DNA from: an archaeon
Lineage (GTDB): Archaea > Iainarchaeota > Iainarchaeia > Iainarchaeales > CSSED10-239
Assembly: GCA_041657425.1 (NCBI GenBank)
Contig: JBBABY010000002.1
Location: 60,001 to 92,000, forward strand
DNA length: 32,000 bases
Direction: 5' to 3'
The notes beneath the pieces were generated by a model. It saw only the letters and a list, made by a program, of their open reading frames with translations, made no database searches and was not told where the DNA came from. Both the position numbers and the translations under genes were made by a program. Below are positions 7,579 to 15,336 of this stretch, in pieces. Position 1 is the first letter of the stretch. The number at the start of each line of letters is the position of its first letter.

Positions 7579-8850
7579 ATGAATACAAAAAATATAATTA
7601 CAGTGTTGTTCTCTATTCTGTTATTAAATGGAATATTTGGAGCAACAAATAGCAATTATGATTCTATGAATCTAGTTGCAGATACTTACAACTACAGCCC
7701 AGTTCCTGTAGTTCCTGGAGAAGAATTTGAACTTTGGATACAACTAACAAACAATAGTAACTTTGAAGCAGATAATGTTACTTACTTTTTAGATACTAAA
7801 TATCCATTCCAAGTTTCTGATTTTAATAATACTGAGTTAGTATTAGCAAAATTAGCTCCATACCAAACAACAATAATAAAATACAAATTAACAGCAGACA
7901 TAAAAACATTAGATGGGACCTATGAAATTGATTTTAAATTTAGACCAGGTTTGACACAAACATATAATGTTAAAAAATACTCAATTGATGTTGCTTCTGA
8001 CACTTCTGTTTTAGAAGTAATTAGCACAAACCTTTCAGACATGTCAATTGGTTCAGATGGAAACTTAGAATTAACTATTAAAAATCTAAGTTCAAAAAAT
8101 GTTAGAGACGTTTTTATAACTTTAGAAGATGCAACAGGAGATTTCATTTCTGTTCTTGATCTTAAAACCAGATATTTTACAAGCATTAATGCTGGAGAAG
8201 AACTTAAAGTAAATTACAAATTAAACGTTGCAAAAACTATTACTCAAAATAGTTATGCTTTACCTTTAACAATTAAGTTTACAAACTCTGCAGGGATTCA
8301 AACAATAACAAGAGATATTGGAGTTAAGATTAACGATAATCCAAAACTTGTTTTAAACTTAACAATTGTTGGAGAAAATAGCAATAATAAAATATACACA
8401 AACAACAAAGAAAAAATAGAAATGGAAATCTATAATGTAGGTAACATTGATGCAGAATCAGTTTATGCAGAAATGACTAGCGCTATAACAAATGATTCTC
8501 CAAAGTACTTTGTTGGGTCAATTGAAAAAGACAACTATGATTCTATAGTTCTTGAATTCAATACTAAGGCTGATGTTAAGCCAGGAAACTATCCTGTACA
8601 AGTAATTGTACACTATAAAGATGCCTCCCTTAAAGAACAAACAATCACTAAAGGAATAAACGTAGAAGTTACAAAAAACCCAAACGAGAAAGCAGCAATT
8701 GCAAGTATCTTTTCAGTAATTATTGGAATTGTTATTGGAATAGTTGTTTTAGCAATACTTGTACTATTCTTAAGATGGGCATATAGAGTATTATTACTTC
8801 CAGCATTTGGAGGAATATACACAAAAATCTTCAATAAGAAAAAGAAATGA
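7579..8850 (+). CDS. surface protein with repeated CARDB/COG1361-like (S-layer-like) domains, signal peptide and C-terminal TM anchor
   Basis: GGTGA SD 8 nt upstream. Three repeats of the pattern x-L-x-I-x-N-x-(G/S)-x-x-x-A-x-x-V (FELWIQLTNNSNFEADNV, LELTIKNLSSKNVRDV, IEMEIYNVGNIDAESV). C-terminal helix IASIFSVIIGIVIGIVVLAILVLF. Embedded between the two FtsX permease genes. Confidence 0.6.
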   Translation: MNTKNIITVLFSILLLNGIFGATNSNYDSMNLVADTYNYSPVPVVPGEEFELWIQLTNNSNFEADNVTYFLDTKYPFQVSDFNNTELVLAKLAPYQTTIIKYKLTADIKTLDGTYEIDFKFRPGLTQTYNVKKYSIDVASDTSVLEVISTNLSDMSIGSDGNLELTIKNLSSKNVRDVFITLEDATGDFISVLDLKTRYFTSINAGEELKVNYKLNVAKTITQNSYALPLTIKFTNSAGIQTITRDIGVKINDNPKLVLNLTIVGENSNNKIYTNNKEKIEMEIYNVGNIDAESVYAEMTSAITNDSPKYFVGSIEKDNYDSIVLEFNTKADVKPGNYPVQVIVHYKDASLKEQTITKGINVEVTKNPNEKAAIASIFSVIIGIVIGIVVLAILVLFLRWAYRVLLLPAFGGIYTKIFNKKKK

Positions 8851-10061
8851 ATTCAGAAAAATACAAGTCATTGATTAATCTCACCATAAAGAGTATAATC
8901 AGAAAGAAGTTAAGATCAACCTTAACTATTCTTTCTGTAATCATAGGCATAGCTTCTGTTGTTGCTTTAATAACTTTAAGCGAAGGAATGCTTGGAGCAG
9001 TTAGTGCACAGTTTGAAAAAATGGGTTCTAATTCTATTTTTGTAATGTCTGCTAATTTCAAAGGAGATCCTAATCAAGCAGGAAGAGTATCAGAAGAAAC
9101 TTTACTTAAGATGAGTGATGCGGATAATATTTCTAAACTGGGGGAAGTTGAAGAAGTATATCCTATGAATTATTTCTCCACGAAAGGAGAATATAAAGGA
9201 GAAGAACAAATTGTCTCTGTTGTGACTGCCCCCTCTGATAGAATCGATACTATGCTTGATTTTATGGATATACATCTTGGAACAGGTAAGACTTTTAATG
9301 GAAAAGACGGATACTATGCAATGATTGGTTCATATCTTGCAACAGACGGATTTAAGAGAAAAATTAAGGTTGGAGATACATTAAAGCTTAATGGAATTGA
9401 TTTTAAAGTTACTGGAATCATGGCACCTGTTGGTAATCAACAAGATGATAGTCAAATCTATATTGGTAGAAAATCAGGTCTTGCCATTGACGACTATGGA
9501 GAAAATGTTGACTACATGGTTATTAAGTCAAAGAAAGGAGCAGACGGAGACCTTATTGTTAAAAAGATTGAAAAGATTTTAGGAAAAACTAGAAAAGAAG
9601 ACACTTTTGCAGTCATTACTGCTGCATCTCTTTTAGAACTTATTAAAAGAGTATTAAATATTATGAGATCTATATTAATCTCAATTGCTGCAATTTCTTT
9701 AATTGTTGCATCTTTAGGGATTGCTAATTCCGTTTACACTTCAGTTCTTGAAAGAACAAGAGAGATTGGTGTACTAAAGTCTATTGGTGCAAAAGTAAGT
9801 GATATCACTTTCATATTTGTATTTGAATCAGTTCTTTTAACACTTGTTGGTGGAGTTATTGGTTTTGGGGTGGGTATCGGGATAGCTAAACTTGTTGTTC
9901 TTTATGCTGCTGCACATAACTTTACTATGTTAACAATTACAATTACTCCATATCTTGTAATTACTACATTAGTAATTTCATTAGTTGTTGGAATTGCTTC
10001 TGGCTTTTTTCCTGCAAGAGCTGCAACAAAGATGAATATTGTTGATGCTTTAAGACAATAA
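8847..10061 (+). CDS. ABC transporter permease, FtsX/MacB type (permease 2)
   Basis: Same architecture as permease 1 (SVLERTREIGVLKSIGAKVSDITFIFVFESVLLTLVGG). The start overlaps the preceding stop (ATGA). Confidence 0.85.
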   Translation: MNSEKYKSLINLTIKSIIRKKLRSTLTILSVIIGIASVVALITLSEGMLGAVSAQFEKMGSNSIFVMSANFKGDPNQAGRVSEETLLKMSDADNISKLGEVEEVYPMNYFSTKGEYKGEEQIVSVVTAPSDRIDTMLDFMDIHLGTGKTFNGKDGYYAMIGSYLATDGFKRKIKVGDTLKLNGIDFKVTGIMAPVGNQQDDSQIYIGRKSGLAIDDYGENVDYMVIKSKKGADGDLIVKKIEKILGKTRKEDTFAVITAASLLELIKRVLNIMRSILISIAAISLIVASLGIANSVYTSVLERTREIGVLKSIGAKVSDITFIFVFESVLLTLVGGVIGFGVGIGIAKLVVLYAAAHNFTMLTITITPYLVITTLVISLVVGIASGFFPARAATKMNIVDALRQ

Positions 10062-10092
10062 TAAATCCATTTATAAATATTTCTTAAATAAA

Positions 10093-10102
10093 ATATTATA
10101 TA
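10093..10102 (+). promoter_or_regulatory. TATA box of tRNA-Thr (ATATTATATA)
   Basis: Centred about 26 nt upstream of the mature tRNA-Thr 5' end (10123), which predicts a leaderless or nearly leaderless transcript. Confidence 0.4.
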
Positions 10103-10122
10103 GACTAAAAGATCGATTTTTT

Positions 10123-10194
10123 GCTTCTATAGCTCAGGGGTAGAGCGACGGTTTTGTAAACCGTAGGTCGTGGGTTCAAATCCCATTAGGAGCT
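10123..10194 (+). tRNA. tRNA-Thr(UGU)
   Basis: Acceptor GCTTCTA/TAGGAGC, D-arm GCTC-AGGGGTA-GAGC, anticodon stem ACGGT/ACCGT with loop TTTGTAA, T-arm GTGGG-TTCAAAT-CCCAT, discriminator T. No CCA and no intron. Confidence 0.9.
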
Positions 10195-10223
10195 TAACCG
10201 GTTTCGCTCGGTTAGCGCGCAAC
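10195..10223 (+). repeat. 29-nt GC-rich repeat, copy 2 (TAACCGGTTTCGCTCGGTTAGCGCGCAAC)
   Basis: Begins at the base after the tRNA-Thr discriminator and ends 4 nt before the stop codon of the convergent phosphoribosyltransferase gene. 17/29 G+C in very AT-rich surroundings. Confidence 0.85.
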
Positions 10224-10227
10224 ACTT

Positions 10228-10689
10228 CTATTTTTCAAATCTGTCCCATGGAAAATCAATCCATTTATTTACTTTCTCATAATAAAAATCTGGGTAATAC
10301 TGACAATTCTTTTCATTTACAAAAAGAGTTGCTGTTTTTATATCTTTAATTTTATATTCTTCTTTTAAAAGATTTACAAGAAACTTTAAAGTACTTCCAC
10401 TATCTGAGATGTCATCTATCAACAGTATACTTTTCCCTACAAGAAGATCTTTAGTTGGAAGATTAATTACTTGTATGTCTTTTCTTTCCATTCCATCATA
10501 TGATTTTACTGCAACAGTTATTAGATTCTTAGTATTAAACAATCTAGCAAAATGAATTGCGGGAAATATTCCCCCAACAGATATTCCCAGAATATAATCT
10601 GGCTGATAATTAGTTATAGAGATATCTTCTGATATCTTTTTACATTTATCTTCAATCTCTTCATAAGTAAACTTTATTATTTCTGACAT
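10228..10689 (-). CDS. purine phosphoribosyltransferase (Hpt/Gpt-like)
   Basis: PRPP-binding motif KSILLIDDISDSGSTL and C-terminal WIDFPWD. The track start (10704) is TTG. The ATG at 10689 (MSEIIKF...) has a GGTGA SD 8 nt upstream that overlaps the last codons of the HD gene. Confidence 0.8.
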   Translation of the reverse strand: MSEIIKFTYEEIEDKCKKISEDISITNYQPDYILGISVGGIFPAIHFARLFNTKNLITVAVKSYDGMERKDIQVINLPTKDLLVGKSILLIDDISDSGSTLKFLVNLLKEEYKIKDIKTATLFVNEKNCQYYPDFYYEKVNKWIDFPWDRFEK

Positions 10690-10696
10690 GTTATTA

Positions 10697-11244
10697 TCAC
10701 CCAAATATTTTTTCTACTAATCTTTTATATTCTTTATACATTTCAAAATCTTTAATCTCATCTAATTGTTCAAGAACTCCTTTGTAATAAATCTTCTGTT
10801 GGTCTTTACCAACCTTAAATACACTAAATGCTTCTTTTTCTCCTTGTTTTTTAATTTCAGAAAATATATCTTTTAAATTTGATAACTTATCAGCACACTT
10901 AAGTAATTTTACATCTTTACTTGCAGTTTTTAGATGCTCAATACTTGTAGTTTTTCTTTCAAGCCATGAAAGAGATTTATCAGTTTCTGTTACTGCCATT
11001 ACTAAATCTGTAATCTTGTCTCCAAATTCTTTTCTAACTTCTTCTTCAGTCACACCTGTCTTTTCAACATCTTCAATTGCATCATGTAAAAATCCTGCAC
11101 ACACAAGATCATCATTTGCATCTGCTTTGTAAAGAAGTGAAGCAACATCCATTAGATGTAAAAATAAGGGCAGTTATTTGCTTTTCTTTTCTGCGATTTA
11201 TGCCTTTCATAAGCAAAACACATTGCTTTTTCTACTATGTCCAT
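10697..11244 (-). pseudogene. SpoT/Mesh1-like HD-domain (p)ppGpp-hydrolase-family gene, split by a 1-nt frameshift
   Basis: ORF A (11244..11152) reads MDIVEKAMCFAYERHKSQKRKANNCPYFYI*. ORF B (11152..10697) reads MDVASLLYKADANDDLVCAGFLHDAIED...FGDKITDLVMAVTE...KCADKLSNL. Adding one T to the T5 run (minus strand, 11160-11164) fuses them as ...CPYFLHLMDVASLL..., restoring the expected PY(I/F)xH...HD..ED layout. Confidence 0.7.
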
Positions 11245-11314
11245 TTGTTTTCATCTCTCTTATTTATATTAATTTAAAACCATTTTATAAATATTACTTA
11301 ATTTAATTATTATT

Positions 11315-12061
11315 ATGTTAAATATAATATTATATACTTTAATTAGTATTTTGCTTATTAGTTTTATTTCCATTGTAGGAATAACTGTTTTATTTACAAA
11401 AGATAAACATTTACCTAATATTCTTTTGTTTCTTATTAGTTTTTCTGCGGGTGCCCTCTTAGGAGATGCATTCATACATTTAATCCCTGAAAGTTTTGAA
11501 AACGGATTTGGAATTGCTATTCCTCTTGCAATTATATTAGGAATATTAGCTTTCTTTGTTTTAGAAAAAATAATACATTGGAGACACTGCCATTTACCAA
11601 CAACTAAAGAGCATAATCACCCTTTAGCAACAATGAATCTTGTTGGAGACGCTTTTCACAACTTTTTAGACGGATTAATTATTGCTGCAAGCTATGTTGT
11701 TAGTATTCCTCTTGGAATAGCAACTACTATTGCTGTTCTTCTTCACGAAATCCCACAAGAAGTTGGAGACTTTGGAGTGCTTCTTTATGCAGGATATTCT
11801 AAGAAGAAAGCATTAATTATGAACTTTTTAATCTCATTAACAGCATTACTGGGAGGAATTATTGGTTTATTACTAAGTAGTAAGATTGCTTTATTCTCAA
11901 GCATTATGATTGCATTTACTGCTGGAGGATTTATTTACATCGCAACATCTGATCTTATCCCAGAAATGAAAAAAGAAACTGCAATTAAGAAAACAATCTT
12001 GCAGTTTATTGGAATACTTCTTGGTGTTGGAATAATGCTTTTAATGTTGTTATTGGAATAA
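11315..12061 (+). CDS. ZIP-family divalent metal (Zn/Fe) transporter
   Basis: Polytopic membrane protein with the ZIP signature HEIPQEVGDFGVLL and a His-rich loop (HWRHCHLPTTKEHNHP). Confidence 0.85.
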   Translation: MLNIILYTLISILLISFISIVGITVLFTKDKHLPNILLFLISFSAGALLGDAFIHLIPESFENGFGIAIPLAIILGILAFFVLEKIIHWRHCHLPTTKEHNHPLATMNLVGDAFHNFLDGLIIAASYVVSIPLGIATTIAVLLHEIPQEVGDFGVLLYAGYSKKKALIMNFLISLTALLGGIIGLLLSSKIALFSSIMIAFTAGGFIYIATSDLIPEMKKETAIKKTILQFIGILLGVGIMLLMLLLE

Positions 12062-12064
12062 AGA

Positions 12065-12778
12065 TTAATTACAATTAATCTCTTTCCAAAAACTTGAATT
12101 ACTATCGTTTGTTGGAATGGCATAATGTGTCTTTCCTTTAATTACTATTGCTGGAGAATTAACAATATTGTAATCTGAAATCATTTGATCTAATATTGAA
12201 ATATCCTTTTGAAAAGGAAGAGCAATTACATTAAAGTTACATTTTTCTTTCAATAATTCAACTTGTCTTTCAAACACTCTTGTCTCTGCATCTTTCTTTG
12301 CTTTATCTATACTGAAGTCTCCTTTAATCTCAGGATAAAAATAAAGAACGACTTTTGAATCTATATTACAAGTTTGTTCTAATTTTTGAAAATATAACCA
12401 CAACTTTATGTTTGTTAAAACATAAGTGTACTTTATCTTATTATCTGACTCAACTATTCCGCCAGCATTTATCTTTCTTAATCTACTAAATAGATCTTGA
12501 GAATATTCAGAAGTATTACTTATTTGCTTTGAAAGAACTTCACAACCATTGGAATTAGGAGTTATTTCTGCATAATCCGAATAAAGATCATCAAGAACAA
12601 TCTTTTGTTGTAAGGAAAAATAATCATCCATCAATGTATTTCTCTTATATTGATCATACATTATGATTAATGAAATTGTTGCAATTGCAATAATTATTAA
12701 TACTAATACTGCTGATAATAATATGTTTTTACTTAATATTTCTCTCATTGTTTTTCTCTCCCTTTTTAAAATTACCAT
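12065..12778 (-). CDS. membrane-anchored hypothetical protein (third gene of the disA-GT2 operon)
   Basis: 237 aa with one N-terminal TM helix (LLSAVLVLIIIAIATISLIIM) and a soluble domain with 4 Cys. The ATG overlaps the GT2 stop (AATGGTAA). No family recognised. Confidence 0.5.
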   Translation of the reverse strand: MVILKRERKTMREILSKNILLSAVLVLIIIAIATISLIIMYDQYKRNTLMDDYFSLQQKIVLDDLYSDYAEITPNSNGCEVLSKQISNTSEYSQDLFSRLRKINAGGIVESDNKIKYTYVLTNIKLWLYFQKLEQTCNIDSKVVLYFYPEIKGDFSIDKAKKDAETRVFERQVELLKEKCNFNVIALPFQKDISILDQMISDYNIVNSPAIVIKGKTHYAIPTNDSNSSFWKEINCN

Positions 12779-14118
12779 TTATATTCTGTACCAATAAATT
12801 CCATTACTAATGAATATACAAATATAATTGTTATTATAAAACAATACCAAAAGAATAAAAGAAATGGCAGTATATCTTTTCTTTCAATCTTAACATCGGC
12901 TGTAGAAAATGCCAATATCAATAACAACAAAGTAATTCCAAAACCAAATAATCCTATAATTGCAATAGGTGTAATTAAAGTAATACTATTTAAATTATAT
13001 TGAAATATCCAAACTCCAGACTTAATGGATTCAAAAACTAAAAAATATGTCTGAACATAAAATCTATATAGATTTATAAACACAAATCTAAAAAATAACC
13101 CAATACTTAAAATATTTAATAAAATATAATAAGGCATTATAAACATTCCAAAAAAACCAGAACTATTATTAAAAATCATGGATTTATATTTTAGCCAAGT
13201 GTAATGTGTTCCTCTATACCATCTTATTCTCTGTCTTATTAATCCCTTTATTGTACTTGGAACTTCAGTTACTGCTTTTGCAAAAATGGTATGTCTTATT
13301 GTATATCCTTTTTGTTGGAAAGCATAAGCTAAATCTCCATCTTCAGTAATATTATATATATCAAATCCTCCTACTTCAATGAATTTCTCCCTATTCATTA
13401 GATTTAATGCTCCACAAAGTGCAAACACAGAATTCATCTTAGATAAACCTCTTGCACCAAATCCAAGATTAATACTATATTCAAAGAACTGCATCTTCTC
13501 TATAAGATTATTTGTATTCTCTGGTTTAATTACTCCAAAAACCGCTGCTACATTTTTTCTTAAAAGTGGAGTCATCTTCATAAGAACATCTTTATCTGGA
13601 AGAGAATCTCCATCTAAACAAAATATATTTTCTTCTTTTAATTTCTTAAAAGCAATATTCATAATTATTGCTTTAATATTCTGCCCTTTTGTAAAATACT
13701 TCTTATCAAGAGTTAGTAACTTTACATTCTTATATTTCTTTAGATAACCCATTGTTCCGTCATTTATTATGTAAACATTATAACTAATTGGATACTCTAA
13801 TTCTGATAACCTTTTGACTGTTCTTTCAATACCTTTAAAGTTATTAAATGCATAAGTAACAACAGCAACAGTTGGAACCTTTTTTGGCATTGGAAGATTT
13901 TCTTCAGAAGATTTTGTTACTGGATTAAACAAATTTGAAAGAATCGTTAAAATTGCAGCAAGAATAAAAATTAGAAATAAAACAAATGTAAAATAAAAGT
14001 TATTTCTAACTCCAGAAATAAACTGAATCATTGCAAAAATTATTATAAAAACTATTAAAATTATTATTCTATTTACAAATTTTACTTTGACTTTGTAATT
14101 TAAATCAATTTCTGCCAT
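12772..14118 (-). CDS. processive family-2 glycosyltransferase (PgaC/NodC/cellulose-synthase-like polysaccharide synthase)
   Basis: N-terminal TMs, then a GT2 core: VAVVTYAFNN...YIINDGT, DxD as CLDGDS, TED as ITEDGDLA, Q-x-x-R-W as QRIRWYRG, followed by C-terminal TM helices. The first ATG is 14118 (MAEIDL...); the track start at 14127 is TTG. Confidence 0.85.
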   Translation of the reverse strand: MAEIDLNYKVKVKFVNRIIILIVFIIIFAMIQFISGVRNNFYFTFVLFLIFILAAILTILSNLFNPVTKSSEENLPMPKKVPTVAVVTYAFNNFKGIERTVKRLSELEYPISYNVYIINDGTMGYLKKYKNVKLLTLDKKYFTKGQNIKAIIMNIAFKKLKEENIFCLDGDSLPDKDVLMKMTPLLRKNVAAVFGVIKPENTNNLIEKMQFFEYSINLGFGARGLSKMNSVFALCGALNLMNREKFIEVGGFDIYNITEDGDLAYAFQQKGYTIRHTIFAKAVTEVPSTIKGLIRQRIRWYRGTHYTWLKYKSMIFNNSSGFFGMFIMPYYILLNILSIGLFFRFVFINLYRFYVQTYFLVFESIKSGVWIFQYNLNSITLITPIAIIGLFGFGITLLLLILAFSTADVKIERKDILPFLLFFWYCFIITIIFVYSLVMEFIGTEYKW

Positions 14119-14141
14119 TTTTAACAATTATTTATATTTTT

Positions 14142-15290
14142 TTACTCAAATATTGGTTCAATCAGCTTTTCTGAAACCACATCTAATTTAGATTTAATGT
14201 ATTTTGCAGTGTTTAGATCTGTGTCTGCACCGATTGATATTTCTTCAACATTTGCTTTTAATATCTCTGCAATACATTTCTTTGATTGAATTAATTTATC
14301 TATTGTCTTTTTCTTTAATTTTGGAATCCTTGACAGTATTCTATAGCCTCTTGGAAATGGATTTAATGCTTCTGATTCCACAGAAATTGGAATATTTGCA
14401 ATTACTGCTAGCTTTCTAGTATCTGCAATTGATCTTAAATCTAATTGCTTTAATTCAGAAACAAGTTCATCTGCTTTTTCTCTTGTTATTAAATTTTCTG
14501 AATAGTCTTGAAGAATATAAGCCATTGTCTCGTCAACACTGTATTCATACTCATACATACTTGAAACAATATCTTTTCCTTGATCTCCAAGTTCTATGAC
14601 CATTCTATCAAGTTCTGCTCCGTGTTTAAAAAAATATAATATCTTTTGAAGAATACCTATTGCTTCATTTATTAATACTGAAGACGCAGAGTTGTTTAGT
14701 TCATTATATGTTAAAACATCTAGAACAGAATCAATTCTTTCTCTATATTCTCTTAAAGAACTAATGCTATGATTTGCTTTAACTATTAATAGTCCAATAT
14801 TTTGAAGAACATATTTTTGATCTCTATAAAAAAGAGAAATTAATTTTTTTCTTTTGGATATCGCAATAACTGGTAAGCCCGTTTGTTTAGCAGTCTGTTC
14901 TGCACTTCTGTGCCTTATTCCAGTTTCGCCAGTTTCTATTTGTCTATCTGGTATCAAATGAACGTTTGCATAAAGTATTTTTAATAAATCATTAGAAATT
15001 ACAATTGCCCCATCCATCTTAGCCAGTTCAAACATTCTTTCTGCACTAAATGGAACATTAATTTCAAAACCTACTCTCATAACTTCTCTTAATGCATCAT
15101 TCTCTCCAAAAACTATTAATCCACCCATTTCTCCTTCAAGAATATTATCTAAACCAATTCTTAGTTCTTCACCAGGAGTAATTAAAGGAAGTATCTCAGA
15201 AATATCTCTAATATTTCCTTTGTATACTTGATTTAAAAGATCAACTTGCCAAGATATTTCTGTTGGCTCTTTTCTAATTCTTGTAGGCAT
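14142..15290 (-). CDS. disA: DisA-type diadenylate cyclase (DNA integrity scanning protein)
   Basis: N-terminal DAC domain with DGA (MDGAIVIS) and RHR (GIRHRSAEQTA) motifs, a helical linker, and a C-terminal helix-hairpin-helix region (ILSRIPKLKKKTIDKLIQ...ANVEEISIGADTDLNTAKYIKSKL). The TATATATAA box about 23 nt upstream of the ATG suggests a leaderless mRNA. Confidence 0.85.
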   Translation of the reverse strand: MPTRIRKEPTEISWQVDLLNQVYKGNIRDISEILPLITPGEELRIGLDNILEGEMGGLIVFGENDALREVMRVGFEINVPFSAERMFELAKMDGAIVISNDLLKILYANVHLIPDRQIETGETGIRHRSAEQTAKQTGLPVIAISKRKKLISLFYRDQKYVLQNIGLLIVKANHSISSLREYRERIDSVLDVLTYNELNNSASSVLINEAIGILQKILYFFKHGAELDRMVIELGDQGKDIVSSMYEYEYSVDETMAYILQDYSENLITREKADELVSELKQLDLRSIADTRKLAVIANIPISVESEALNPFPRGYRILSRIPKLKKKTIDKLIQSKKCIAEILKANVEEISIGADTDLNTAKYIKSKLDVVSEKLIEPIFE

Positions 15291-15336
15291 ATTTATTTAA
15301 TTTAAGTTATTATATATAGTAAAGACCAATTTGTTT

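Noticed and set aside
5432-10223. Could the two 29-nt repeats be a CRISPR array or split-tRNA halves?
   Set aside because: There are only two copies, 4.7 kb apart, separated by a complete operon, so this is not a CRISPR array. Both adjacent tRNAs (Ser-GCU, Thr-UGU) fold as complete cloverleaves, and the repeat has no T-arm or convincing D-arm, so it is not a Nanoarchaeum-type tRNA half.
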